DNA from: Octopus vulgaris
Lineage: Eukaryota
Assembly: GCA_951406725.2 (NCBI GenBank)
Contig: OX597827.1
Span: 29,016,001 to 29,080,000, forward strand
Direction: 5' to 3'
DNA: 64,000 bases
Shown here: positions 1 to 13,622 of the stretch, piece after piece
Position numbering within the stretch: position 1 is the stretch's first letter
How the letters are laid out: every line of letters begins with the position of its first letter
Program-made: the position numbers and the translations under genes
The notes under the pieces: model-generated
Database searches by the model: none
Told to the model about the DNA's origin: nothing
Seen by the model: the letters and a program-made list of their open reading frames with translations, nothing else

Positions 1-9
1 CAATTAAGT

Positions 10-605
10 GTATATATGTGTGTGTATGTGTGCATTGTATATATGTATATTGTAGGTGTGCCATATGTGCATGAATACATGTATATGCAGTGCGTGTATA
101 TATATGTATGCATTGTGTATGTATGTTATATGTGTGTGTATTTATATATATTATATGTATGCGCACGTGTATGTGTATGCATTGTATGTATGTATATTGT
201 GTGTATATGTGGTATATCTATGTATGTGTATGTAAACACTATTTATATGTATACATGTATATATGTATATGCATTGTCTATATATATATATATTATATGT
301 ATGTATTGCGTACGTATATTGCATGCATATATTGTGTATGTGTATTATATACATGCTGTATTTGTATATTGTATGTGTATATATATATGCTAGGTGTATT
401 TGTGCGATATTTATATTATGTATGGATGTGTGCGTGTGTTGTGTGTGTGTGTGTGTGTGTGTGTGTTGTGTGTGTATGTGTGTTATATATATATGTGTGT
501 GTATATTATATATAAATACATGTTATATTTGTGTGTTGTGTGTATATATTATATATGTGGGTGCGTTGTGTGTGTGTGTGTGTTCTGTGTGTGTGTTGAT
601 GTTGT

Positions 606-638
<33 letters not shown>

Positions 639-642
639 GTGT
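10..642. repeat. Degenerate (TA)n/(TG)n low-complexity tract
   Basis: Dinucleotide-dominated sequence; the ORFs here (YIYI/CVCV) are artefacts. Confidence 0.95.
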
Positions 643-1313
643 GACAAACAGACGCTGCTTGACCAGCAGGCATACTAACCTCCTGATAACCCCAAAACCA
701 TTGATGCTTGAAGGGGAGTATACACCACACTGGGTACAACCTTTTTTCTCTCAATTCAACCTTTCTGCTAAAACAAACAGGTTAGTAACAACATATTCTC
801 GCCTTCAACTTAAAATATTCTGAGATGTATAAAAGATCCATTTTAATTTTTGCTGTCAATAGATTGTATATATATACCAAAGGCTGTATATATATACATG
901 TAATGTGACAATTTGCGACAACCAATAATTAACGCAACCAAATTTCCAATAATATATTTGTTTTATCCTTTTCTGCCAATTTTTCCAAATATTCTCATCA
1001 TACTATTGAACTTCTCTGTTACCAAACTATATTTATACATGTAATGTGACAATTTTGTATAAAAAAACATTTTTGAATTCATAATATCCAATGTGACAAT
1101 TATGTAAAAAACTTTTTTGAATGCATAATATTCAATGTGACAATTATGTAAAAAACTTTTTTGAACCCATATTATTCAATGATACTTTTAATGTTACTTT
1201 TGACAATCTTTTACCAAAGAGTGAAACCGCTTAAGTAAATAAACATCGTTTAAATTGCATTTTCAAACCTTTTTTCTTATATAATCCCACTCGTGCGATA
1301 CCCCACAACTCAA

Positions 1314-1357
<44 letters not shown>

Positions 1358-1394
1358 TAGAGAGAGAGAGAGAGAGAGTGAGAGAGAGAGAGAG

Positions 1395-2143
1395 AATTCA
1401 CAAAAAAAAGAGGAAGACAGGTGTTGTAGACAACAAACAAATGTATTAGTTTAACGCTCGCGAAGTGAAATAAGTCTTTAACGTTTTCAGCCTACCCTCT
1501 TCCACCGAAAGGAACACAGAAAGAAACAGGGAGAAAAAATAAAGAAAGTGTAGTGTCTAGCGATCTATCATGGAAGCAATGAAAGGACAAAGGGAGAAAC
1601 AGAAAGAAAAGGGGGAAGAAAGGGAGAAGAGAAGACGAAAGGGGAAACGAAAAGGAGGGAGAGTGAGGCAAGGTAACAGGTGCGTATTAGAGAAAACAGA
1701 GTAAGAACTACAAGAGTATGAAGAAACGACAATAGGAAAAAGCAGAAAGTACAAAAAAGTTTAGAAAGTATAAAAACGTTACGAAAAGTTCAAAAGATTC
1801 AAATGTCTTGGTGTATTGGAGCGATTCCTCATTAACGGAAGAGTCCAGTGTAATCCATGAGTAGGAGAGGTTCGGCTGAAGTGCAGGAGAGTAGAAAATC
1901 CAGGTAGAGAATCCAGGTAGAATAGTCTGAAGTGTAGAAGGTGTAGAAAATCCGAGAAAAGTTCGTTGGGCTATGAGGTGGAGACAGAATCAAAGTGTTG
2001 CGACCACGTGAGCGTGTAATATATGGGGAGAATTCACAGAAACAAAAAACAAAAGATGAAGAGAGGTGGTGTAGACAACAAACAGATGTATTAGTTTAAC
2101 GCTCGCGAAGTGAAAAAGTCTTTAACATTTCGAGCATACGCTC
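1395..2143 (-). mobile_element. Two direct copies (1395-1572, 2027-2143) of a dispersed ~180-bp pLTR-like repeat with a hammerhead-like motif
   Basis: The block gaattcaca...gacaacaaacagatgtattagtttaacgctcg recurs here, at 18793-19000 and at 45654-45838; minus-strand consensus tcttt-CTGTGGA-a-gagc(gtag)gctc-GAAA-cgtt-aaaga. Confidence 0.6.
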
Positions 2144-2144
2144 A

Positions 2145-2270
2145 CGACGGGCTTCCTTCAGTTTCCCACTACCAAATCCTCTGGCAAGGCTTTGGTCGGC
2201 CCTTGGCAATAGTAGAAGGTCTGAACCCGGAAACTTGTGGTTGGAAAGCAAGCTTCTTACCACAGAACCA
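2145..2270 (-). mobile_element. SINE family A fragment (tRNA-derived head)
   Basis: Matches the full copy at 60803-61182 (acgacgggcttctttcagtttcc...gaacccggaac...cttaccaca). Confidence 0.8.
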
Positions 2271-2295
2271 CGCATAAATACGCTATTTTATTTTA

Positions 2296-2602
2296 TTTAT
2301 GCACCCTTTTCAAGCCTAGCCAGGCTAATGGGTCCGATTTCCCGGCTTCTGTGGCGTATGTGTTCCCCCCAGCTGGACGGAACGCCAGTCCATCGCAGCA
2401 TTACTGAAGAAACAGGAAGAAAGAGTGAAAGAAAGTTGGTGCGAAAGAGTACAACAGGGGTCGCCACCAAACCCTGCTGGAGCTTCGTGGAGCTGAATGT
2501 GGTTTCGCTCAATAAACACACACAACGCCCGGTCTTGGAATCGAAACCGCGATTCTCCGACTGCGAGACCGCTGCCCTAACCACTGGGCCATTGCGCCTC
2601 CA
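2296..2602 (-). mobile_element. SINE family C (tRNA-derived)
   Basis: Minus strand begins ggaggcgcaatggcccagtggttagggcagcgg...ggtttcgattcc (A/B-box-like); related to 22955-23110 and 36578-36903. Confidence 0.8.
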
Positions 2603-3334
2603 AATAGGCTATTAAACAGTCAATATCGAATAATAGCTTTAAAACATTGTAAAAAACTTGCCGGGCAGGAGAAAGGTTTTCTTTTGAAGTCATGTGATCT
2701 TAAAGTCCATTTTCTACTATAGCTGCTCCATAGTAGAAGATGCTCGAAAGTTGCACTCTTGGATTCGTTATGCTTTTTATTTAAACATGCAATGGTCATG
2801 TTTGGATCGCTTTGGTCGTAGATCTTAATCAGAGCTGAACTGGGGAGAAACATCTTATTCGATACCCAGTGTGCAGTATGTTTCATTCAAAATTTATAAC
2901 GATAAGCATTTACTGACGGAATTTTTGAAGTCGGAAACTGTACAGAGTTGCGTCGTACATGTGTGGCCGTGCCTGGCTACGCTTCTTTTATTCTTCCTTG
3001 AGCAAGATGCTTTATTTTACATTTTTCCAGTGCACTCAGATGGCAAAAATTAGTTGCACCTCTATTTCAGTGTAACAGTCTTGTCACATTCTGTGTCACA
3101 CTAAGGGTACGCGTGTCTGTGGAGTATTCAGCCACTTGCATGTTAATCTGACAAGCCGGTTGTTCCACTGATCAAATAACCTGGAACACACGTAGTCGTA
3201 ACCGACAGAGCGTCAGTGTGAGAAGTATTACCGTGGCGAATTGGTGAAGATATTGATGTTGTTCTTTCTTTGTAATTTTTTTGAAGGAATTCAACAAAAC
3301 TTGAAATGTAAGAATGACAAATTCTTAATGAACT

Positions 3335-3599
3335 GTAGAGAGAGAATAGAAGGGAGGGGGCAGAGGAGAGAGGAAGGGGGAATGGAGAGGGGAGAGGGAG
3401 AGGAGGAAAGAACGAAAGAACGAAAGAAAGAAAGAGAGAAAAAGAGAGTAAGAAAGAGAGAGACACACAGAGAGAGAAAGAGAGAGAGGGAGAGAGAGAG
3501 AGAAAGAAAGAAAGAAAGAAAGAAGGAATGAAGAAAGGAAGAAAAGAAGGAAAGAAAGACAAAGAAAGAAAGAAAGAAAGACAGAAAGAGAGAAAGGAA

Positions 3600-3639
<40 letters not shown>

Positions 3640-3944
3640 ATGCAAAAGATAGAAAGAAAGAGAGAAAGAAAGAAAGAAGGAAGGAAGGAAGAAAAGACGG
3701 AAAGAAAGACAAAGAAAGAAAGAAAGAGAAAGAAAGAAAGAAAGAAAAAGAAAGAAAGAAAGAAAGAAAGAAGAAAAGACAGAAAGAAAGAAAGAGAGAA
3801 AGAAAAAAAGAAAAAGAAAGTAAGAAACAGAAAAAGAAAAAGAGACAAAGAAAGAGAATGAAAGAAAGAAAGAAAGAAAGAAAAGAAGAGAGAAAAAGAG
3901 AGAAAGAAAGAGAGAGACACACAGAAAGAGAAAGAGAGAGAGAG

Positions 3945-3983
<39 letters not shown>

Positions 3984-4110
3984 AGGAAGGAAGGAAGGAA
4001 GAAAAGACGGAAAGAAAGACAAAGAAAGAAAGAAAGAAAGAGAAAGAAAGAAAGAAAGAAGAAAAGGAAGAAAGAAAGAAAGAAAGAGAGAGAGAAAGAA
4101 AAAGAAAGAA

Positions 4111-4143
<33 letters not shown>

Positions 4144-4384
4144 AAGAAAGAAAGAAAGAAAGAAAGAAGGAAGGAAGGAAGGAAGGAAGGAAGAGGGAAG
4201 GAAAGAAGGAAAGAAAGAAAGAAAGAGAGAGAGAAAGAAAAAGAGAGAAAGAAAGAGAAAGAAAGAAAGAAAGAAAGACAGGAAGGAAGGAGGAAGAGAA
4301 AGAAAGAGAAAGATAGAAAGAAAGGAAGGAAGAGAGAGAAATAAAGAAAGAAAGAAAGAAAGAAAGAATGATGGAAAGAAAGAA

Positions 4385-4416
<32 letters not shown>

Positions 4417-4450
4417 GAAAGAAAGAAAGAAAGAAAGAAAGAGTGAGAAA

Positions 4451-4481
<31 letters not shown>

Positions 4482-4506
4482 GAAGGAAGGAAGGAAGGAA
4501 GGAAAG

Positions 4507-4537
<31 letters not shown>

Positions 4538-4783
4538 AAGAGAGAAAGAAAGAGAGAGAGAGAAAGAGAGAAAGAAAGAGAGAGAGAGAAAGAAAGAAGG
4601 AAAGAAAGGAAAAAGAAAGAAAGAAAGAAAGATAAAGAAAGAGAGAACGAACGAAAGAAAGAGAGAAAAAGAAAGAAAGAAATGGAGAGAGACAAAGAGA
4701 GAGAGACAAAGAGAGAGGGGGTGGGAGGGAGATAGAAAAAAGAGAGAGGGGGAGGGAGATAGAAAGAAAGAAAGAAAGAATGA

Positions 4784-4835
<52 letters not shown>

Positions 4836-4919
4836 AAAGAAAGAAAGAGAGAGAGAAAGAAAGAAGAAAAGAAAGAAAGAGAGAAACAAAGAAAGAAAGA
4901 AAGAGAAGGAAAGAAAGAG

Positions 4920-4974
<55 letters not shown>

Positions 4975-4992
4975 GAGAAAGAAAAGAGAGGA

Positions 4993-5067
<75 letters not shown>

Positions 5068-5145
5068 GAAAGAGAGAAAGAAAGAAAGAAAGAAAGAAGG
5101 AAAGAAAGAAAGATGGAAGGAAAGAAAGAAAGGAAGAAAACGAGA
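3335..5145. repeat. ~1.8-kb polypurine (AAAG)n/(AG)n/(AAGG)n tract
   Basis: Almost pure purine on the + strand; the KERK and FLSF ORFs are artefacts. Confidence 0.97.
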
Positions 5146-5564
5146 GTTGACCACTGGATGAAATATATTGTGGTACTTAGTTGCGTCAGTTAATATCCTG
5201 AGTACAACTCCTGCATCGGCAGACGTTTTTCATCTTACCGTGTGAGATGAAAGAAGATTATTCAAGTTTGACTCTGCTGTCGGTCAGCGTTTAATCTTAA
5301 TCCCTAGATATCATTTGGCATTGGTATATATTTGGTCCTTGTCTCCAGTTCCAAGATAACATCCTTCCGGCGATCAAAGACATCCTGAAAAGAGGAATAG
5401 CCACTATTATTTAAACCTCGGATGAATCCCGAAGTAAAATTTGTGACATTGATGTAATGAACAATATCCTGCGCTAAATGTGCGACTTTTTATAAATTAC
5501 TTTTAACTTTAGTTGTTACAGACAGAAGCTGTTGCAACGCTCGGACGCCAACAGGTATGACGCT

Positions 5565-6075
5565 CACAGGTACTTATTTTTCCCTGTCCTATAAGTTACG
5601 GGGATGTAAACACACCAACATCAGTGTCAATTGATGTTGGGGGGACAAACACAGACACACAAATACATAAACACACATACATATATGCATATATATATAT
5701 ATTAGGCTGGTGCATAATTATTGCGGCTTTTTTTTTCAATACATTTTATTCAACAAAACATTTAAACAAAACGCCATTTGAAGCAATACGCCAGGCAGAA
5801 ATTGAAGTAGATGGTGAATATGCACCGGAATAATCATTTAAAAATGTTTTTGTTAAATGTTGTTATTGTTTTTGTTGAATAAAACTCCGCAATAATTTCG
5901 CACCAACCTAATTTCGCACCATACGACGGGCTTCTTTCAGTTTCCGTCTACCAAACCCACTCACAAGACCTTGGTCGACCCGAAGCTATAGTAGAAGGCT
6001 ATAGTAGAAGGTACGACGCAGTAGGACTGAACGCGAAACCATATGGCTGGTAAGCAAGCTACTTACCACAGAGTC
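5565..6075 (-). mobile_element. SINE family A copy interrupted by a MITE
   Basis: The tail-side part (5565-5690) and head part (5923-6075) match family A. Confidence 0.75.
5702..5911. mobile_element. Mariner-type MITE with Hsmar1/MADE1-like TIRs
   Basis: TIRs ttaggctggtgcataattattgcgg / ccgcaataatttcgcaccaacctaa; left end follows TA; internal EIEVDGEYAPE* resembles a mariner transposase C-terminus. Confidence 0.8.
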
Positions 6076-6164
6076 TCGCCTGTACCTATGAACAAACATA
6101 AACAAACATTTCACTTCAAGCATGGTCGTGCAAGGTATTGTTACTAAATTTATTTCTTTAAAAG

Positions 6165-6460
6165 AAGGTGGCTTAACAGTTAACGTATTCGGCTCACAGT
6201 CGTAAGTTCCTGGCGGCGTGTTATGCCCTTGAGCAATGCACTTCATGTCACGTTGCTCCAGTCCACTGATAAAGAATGAGTGGTGCCCGTAATTTAAAGG
6301 GCCAGCATTGTTACGTCCAGTGTCACGCTGGACCTCCTTGAGAACTACTTTAAGGGCACTCATGTGTGTGGGGTGTTCAACCCCTTGCACGTTAATCTCA
6401 CGAACAGGATCTTCTTTGCATCGGATCAACTAGAACACTCGTCGTCACCGACGGTATGCT
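6165..6460 (+). mobile_element. SINE family C, degenerate
   Basis: ggtggcttaacagttaacgtattcggctcac...cccttgagcaatgcacttcat...gctccagtccact matches 36578-36903. Confidence 0.7.
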
Positions 6461-7040
6461 ATTCGCTATCCCCGTCCGTTCCCTTTCTCTTCTACTGTTT
6501 TGATGACAGTTAATGACAGTGGGTTGTGTGTTGAAGAGAAAGCGAATGAAATTACGTAGCAAGGTAAAAGTATATTTTTCTAATGCTACAGTCTTGTTAG
6601 TGTCAGATTGGCGAATATATTCAATAAGATTCTAATACCGTATGATATTCTTGTTATCGCTATATCAGCCGGTTATATAAATAAACGTCCATTAGATAAG
6701 GCAATATTATAAAATCTCTTTATCGCAATTGTATGCTAACAGAAGAAGATGAAACACGTTTGAATATCAACGTGAACATTATCTGAAATATCGAACTGTG
6801 ACTTCTAAAGTGTCAACAAATCTAAAATCATTTCAATCAAATATCTAAGAATCGAACGACTAAGGCTAAGGAGGTGATCGATGCCGTCTCATTCTGTGCA
6901 TTTATCGATTCTATTTGAAGTTGGCAGCAGATCGCTTACTATTCACAAGATAAAGGAAACAGATCACAAGTCCGACGCAACAAATTCTTTGTCGACATTA
7001 CTCGTTGATTTTACTTCATTGAAAACTCTCCCACTCTCTC

Positions 7041-7078
<38 letters not shown>

Positions 7079-8721
7079 AGTCTCTATTTGTCTATCTCTT
7101 CCTCTCACACTCTCACTTCGTCTCTATTTTTTTTCTCTATATTAGATTTCTTTTTCTTAATGCCTTTGACATGATTTTTATCTTTGTTGTTGTTGTTGTT
7201 CTCAACTACAGTATGTTGTTTTGTCATTAATAATTTCACTTCCGCTCTCCATCAATTCAATCACATGGATAACATTCATTACAAACTTTCGCCCAACTAT
7301 TTTGTTATTATCATCATCATTATCATTATTATTACTCTTTTTTGTAGCTTTTAATTCTGAATTATATTGATAATCATAAAAGAAAAATAAATTTGCTTTT
7401 CTTTTAGTAATTTTTTTATTTCATTTTACTTTTATTTTATTTTTCAAATATTTTTCGACCAAACGAAGACACGAATCGCAAAGAAATGAGAGAGTGAGAC
7501 GTCACAATCTTTACGATGTCTTATAAACTTCGTCCACAGACGTACCGCAAAATTTCTGCAAATATTTTGTCTGAAGGATCGAAACCTTCTTAGATAATTT
7601 AGCTGGACACAAATTGAATATGTCGAGATAAAGGAAGACAAATGACAAGGACACCCAACGAAAGTCGATCATTTTAACGTCTCCAAAAAGAGTTCTTTCA
7701 ATGTATGAGATCTTCTGAGATCTTAATAGATTTTAAGGTCATCTTTAATTTGTTATATGATTTAGTTGCCTAAAACATATATACAAATATACTTATATAC
7801 ATATATACATATATACATATATACGTATATACATATGGCAAATCAAGCGTGCTTGTTCATAAGATATTTAACTACATCATCTAGCACGTATTTCATGAAC
7901 AACAACGCTAGTTACACACACACACATCAATATAGATAGATAGATATATACATACATATATATATATATATACATGTTTGTTCGTAAAATATGTGCATCT
8001 TACGCGCGTTTCAGTAACAAAGAATACAACTTATAAATAAACACACGCACATTCACAGACACACAGAAAAACACCCACACATACGCACTCACAAACACCC
8101 CCACACACGCACACACACACACACACACAAACATGCACACACATATACATTCATATACACATGCAAACATGTATATATTCATAATCTTGATTGCTTATAC
8201 ATATACACATACATAATTGTGTATTTGTGAACGCACATTTATATACCTGCATGTAAATGTATTTTTACGAGTAGGTATATACGCGCGTGTGTGTATGTTT
8301 ATGTGCGTGTGAGGGTATGCGTGTTTTTCATACTTTAAGTGTGTATATATGTGTATGTAAACAAGTGGCTGTCCTATCCATTTTTATATACTCTGCGCAT
8401 ATGTCTGTATGCGCATGTCTTCAAACATGGACGCGGGTGCGCACCATATGCAGTATCGTTGCACATAAACAACATTCTTTGTTTTTGTTTTTTTTAAATT
8501 CTCACACTTCCTTGAAGCGATAACATCATTGACATTTCAAACTGTCATTGATATAGATATATCACGTGATAAAAGTAATTTTTCGGTATGTTCAATCGAT
8601 TTTTATGCCAACAGTATAAAAAAGTAAACACCTATGGGATGTTGTGTTCAATTTGAACAGAGACACACGAAACTGGAATCCCCCGAGTAACTTGTAAGTT
8701 TGTTTGGGGATTTAGAACATC

Positions 8722-8763
<42 letters not shown>

Positions 8764-9119
8764 CTACATAACACACGGAACTCTATTTTCTTATAATTAT
8801 CGAATAACTCCTACTGCAAATAAACAGATGCACATACAGACACTTGCATATATGCATATGTGCATATATATATTGTGCGTTTATATACATACATACATAT
8901 ATATATATGTATGTATTTATGTATGTATGTAATTTCAATACATGTGTCGTACTGATATGGAGGCACATACGTATATAATGTAAAAGAATGAAAACTGATC
9001 GTCTGATCGAATTTTCCTATTGAACGCCTGAAGCAATCTGAATATTTTGATTGGGATTGAGAAAAGGAAGAGCGTACACAAATGCATATCATTTTTCCTA
9101 CAGACGTTATCAATTTAAT

Positions 9120-9470
9120 GAGCCCTGACCAATGCAAATTTTACACACCGAATGTCCGTATCTTCCACAGCAGTGTTCATATCCTCAACTTGCTATCCAG
9201 TGTCATCTACAATTTGATCACTAAATCCCTTTCTTGGTCTACCGATTCCTCTATGCCCACGAGTGGGTTCCCAGAGAAGGAGAACACTCGATATTTCATC
9301 ATTGCTTTTTCAACAGTGTCCTGCGTATGTTCTCCTTCTTCCGATGCCCAAAGTGGTGGGAGGAAGAATGCCATACACTTGCTGCTCTGTAGGACGTTGC
9401 TGCCAAGAAAGATTATTAACTGCACGAAGCATTCTCTGTAGAGAGAAAACTCCCAGCCTTTCTCAACAGA
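9120..9470 (-). mobile_element. RTE-type LINE 3' fragment (pseudogenised)
   Basis: Minus-strand translation RRTYAGHC*KSNDEISSVLLLWEPTRGHRGIGRPRKGFSDQIVDDTG resembles an RTE/RTE-X ORF C-terminus (GH...W.P...GRP). Confidence 0.65.
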
Positions 9471-9485
9471 TGCTTTTATTTGTTT

Positions 9486-9693
9486 TCTTTTACTTGTTTC
9501 AGTCATTTGACTGTGGCCATGCTGGAGCACCATCTTTAGTCAAAGAATTCGATAGCAGGACTTTTTCTTTGTAAGCCTGGTACTTATTGTAACCGCTAAA
9601 TTACGGGGGTGTAAACACACCAACATCAGTGGGGGGACAAACGCAGACACAAACATATATATACACACATACATACATACATACATACATACA

Positions 9694-9774
<81 letters not shown>

Positions 9775-10192
9775 CAATAAATGGTAGGGTTGTGTTGACC
9801 GCACGTGGAGAAATGATAGGCAAGGAAAAATTATAAAAAGGCAGAATGCTAAATTGAAGGTAAATTTTAATGAAAATGGGTGTATGGAAAATTTTTTAAA
9901 TTAAAAAAAAAATATATTAATTACATTTCCATACACCCATTTTCATTAAAATTTACCTTCAATTTAGCATTCTGCCTTCCTATAATTTTTCCTTGCCTAT
10001 ATATATATATATATATATTTATTTATTTATTTATACGACGGGCTTCTTTCAATTTCCGTCTACCAAATCCACTCACAAGACTTTGGTCGATCCAACATTA
10101 TAGTAGGAGTCCCTTGCCCAAGGTGCCACGAGGTGAGACTGAAACCGGAACCATGTGGTTGGGAAGCAAACTTATAACCACACAACCACTCC
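9486..10192 (-). mobile_element. SINE family A copy split by microsatellites and a small fold-back insert
   Basis: Tail 9486-9660 and head 10036-10192 match family A. Confidence 0.8.
9815..10000. repeat. ~75-bp inverted repeat (fold-back) within (AT)n
   Basis: ataggcaaggaaaaattata...gggtgtatggaaa versus tttccatacaccc...tataatttttccttgcctat. Confidence 0.85.
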
Positions 10193-10214
10193 TGTGCTCT
10201 ATTGACTTAATATC

Positions 10215-10670
10215 GGTTTCTCATTTCAGCACAAGGCCAGCGACTTTGAGGGAAGGGCTTAAGTTGATTACCTCGACTCCAGTACTGAGCTGGTATCCAA
10301 TTTTTTGACCCCTAAATGATGAAAGGGAAAAGTCAACCTCGGCACTAAAATTTGAACTCAGAAGGTAAGAACGGACGAAATGCCGCGATGCATTTTGCCC
10401 GGCATGCTAGCGATTCAGCCAGTTCGCCTCCGATGATGTTTACTTAACATGAAACATAAATGGCAGTAAGCTGGCGGAATCGTTTGCGCGATGAACAGAA
10501 TGATTAGCGACATTTCACCTGTCTTCTACGTTCTGAGTTCAGATCACCCCGAGATCAACTTTACCTTTCGTTATTTGGAACTCGATAAAATAAGTTCCTG
10601 TTGAACACTGAGGTTAATACAGTTGACTTGGCCCGACCCCTGAAATTACTGATTACCTGTCCTAAAATGT
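10215..10670. mobile_element. Two divergently oriented SINE family B copies
   Basis: 10215-10432 (-) and 10461-10670 (+) match 55360-55567 (gagctggcagaatcgttagc...ttctgagttcaaatt). Confidence 0.7.
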
Positions 10671-11144
10671 GAAACCTATATTAAACATATAAGAAAAGCA
10701 ACATTTATGCTGAACTGCAGAGAAATACGCCGATACAAGGAATATAGCTTTAGATTTATAGCTTGTCTTACTGAAGCACTTGCTACTAGAAATAGCAATC
10801 TTTGCAGATTGTTGTATGGTTATATAACTAGTTGCTCCAGCAGAAATTTTGGGACACTCTTTCACAAGTGACGAAGGTTAAGGTTGATTAGGAATGTGAA
10901 ATGAAACCCTATGAAAAGGACAGTGAAAATACCTGAATTATTTTAATTATTTTAATTAGTAACAGATATATACACTTATGTGTATACATGTCTATACATA
11001 GCAATTTACGTATATCTGCATGTACATACGTAAAACCTGAATGATCTGTTCATGTAATGATATACGATGATGCAGTCATACAGAACAAACAAACTGTAGT
11101 CAATGCATACACACATACATACATTCATACTTACATTCATACAT

Positions 11145-11550
11145 ACATGAAAAATCTGCAGTTACGCTATCCAGATTACAAGTTCAGATTTATACCTGTA
11201 ATTACGGGGACACTGGGATATGTAACAGACTGCCTAAATACCTACATATCTTGAGAAATTAGGCTTCTCAAATCCAGAAAGGAGAATGCTGATTCAAAGA
11301 CTACAGATCCAATCCATCACTGGAAGTGTAAAAATCTCAAAAACTTTCCAGACGAATATCATTTCAATTTGTATGAGCATATATAGACATGCATGAGAAT
11401 ACATATATAAAACAAAACTTACAAATCTGAACATATACATACATACATTCATACATACCCTGTTTCTTATTCCAATGAAAGTGCCTTAGATCTAGGTTAG
11501 AAACCGGTTCTTTCTCTATTGACAAGAAATCTTGAAATAAAACTGAGTAA
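11145..11550 (+). mobile_element. 3' end of an RLE-type (R2 group) non-LTR retrotransposon in (TACA)n
   Basis: NLQLRYPDYKFRFIPVITGTLGYV...LEKLGF...IQRLQIQSITGSVKI resembles the post-RLE C-terminus (P-V-I-x-G-x-L-G). Confidence 0.6.
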
Positions 11551-11902
11551 AGACATACATACATACATACACACATACATACATACATACATACATACAT
11601 ACATACATACATACATACATACATACATACATACATACATACATACATACATACATACATACGTACGTATATACTTACATACATGGATTCATACATGCAA
11701 ATGCCTAAAGCGTGTTGTATAAAATTCTAACAAAATAGAGTCGTTTCCAGTTTAGAAACCGGTACTTTATTAGCGAGATATTTTCAAAACGACACCAGCA
11801 CAAACCGACATATAAACATAAGTATATACATACATAAAAACACAAAGCAACGAACATACACATACATATACATACGTATAATGGCACATAGATACCTTCC
11901 GC

Positions 11903-11956
<54 letters not shown>

Positions 11957-12331
11957 TTGTGTATGTATGTGTATATATGTATCTATGTGTCTGTAAGTTT
12001 GTGTGTGGGTGTGTGTCATTAGCGAATAGGTGTAAACGATAATATCAGAGAAGAGATTGATATATTTATTGCCAATTATACTGTCTCTGCACTTTTAAAT
12101 ATATATATTTATAGCTCCCTATTCGAAGAAACAATTCCAGCTTAATTCAATTACGTTATTTATATTTTCGAGATAAAACTTTCATATTGAGGATTCTTGT
12201 TTAATGTGGAACCATTAAACATTAACCAACATAGATATTAATGACAGCCTCAAGGTTACATTGTGTTGTTGATGTTTTGCAAAGAAGAATATACATACGA
12301 TAATAGTTGAGTTAAGAAAGGAAATTAACCC

Positions 12332-12421
<90 letters not shown>

Positions 12422-13557
12422 TGTATGTATATGTATATGTATATATACATATATATATATACTTATATACATATATAAATATATATATATATGTATACAT
12501 ACATATATATATACTTATATATATATACATATATATATATACTTATATATACTTATATATACACATACATATATATATACTTATATATATACATATATAC
12601 GTAAATATATCTATTCTTATATATATATATACATATATATTGACACGTAAAATATAAATAAATACTTATATATGTATGTATATGTATAAGCATACATACA
12701 TATGTATACGTATATGTCTATAGATATATATGTGTATGTGTGTGTCTGTGTGTTTGTGTGTGGATGCGTGCGAATATAAATGTACGTATGTATGAATGTC
12801 CATATACACATATATATACGAAATAAGATATACGTAAACATGTATATATGTATATACATTCGTCAATATATATATATATATATATATACATATTTTATAT
12901 AGCATACATATGTATATATTCCCGTGTGTCCGTTGTGTATATTGTGATCATACACACAGACACAAAAACACATTGGTAAACATATTCATTGCGACCTCAT
13001 CAATATACAGATAATTGAATCGCTTATAATTATTAACAATTCAGAAAATCTTTGGATGAAACAAGACTAGCGCGACTTAATATTTGAGGGAATATATTTT
13101 TATAAATAAACTTTCTGGACATTGGCACACGTTCCGGCCATGCCTATTGGCGAATAGCTTTCTTTCAATTTTCAAATGTGTAACATTCGCACAGACCAAT
13201 GATAAGAAGAAGTGGACTTCCAGCCACTTGGTTTGGAGTTCACCACCACAATTTGGCAACTTTGGCCAGTGTCTTCCAACTATAGCCTCGGGCCGACCAA
13301 AGGCCCGTAAGAAGTTTGTCGCATGTTCATATTGATAAGGAAATGCACTTTCGATTCTAATCCAGAAACGAATTCGTCCATAATTAATCCACGTAGGCTG
13401 GGATTTCGTTATCTTCTTTCTCTTATACGGGTTACAAATTCTGTTTGTTTGTGGAGACTTACTTTTCTAGTAGTAGTAATGGTCACCTATTTGGTTGCTA
13501 TTTCTAATATTTTCGGTATGTGGTTTTGAGCAACTTGTTGCAATTAACTCTTTATTA

Positions 13558-13622
<65 letters not shown>

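Noticed and set aside
16-823. Long ORFs rich in Y/I/C/V, and dozens like them across the window
   Set aside because: Translations of (TA)n, (TG)n, (TACA)n and (GATA)n microsatellites
900-1185. Short repeats aatgtgacaatt at ~45-bp spacing, CRISPR-like at a glance
   Set aside because: The spacers are similar to each other (degenerate minisatellite); eukaryotic context and no cas genes
3143-5193. 260-609 aa KERK / FLSF ORFs
   Set aside because: Stop-free frames of the (AAAG)n tract
13330-13385. TTGATAA...GAAA-cgaattc-GTC hammerhead-like motif
   Set aside because: No convincing stem I; at most a decayed copy
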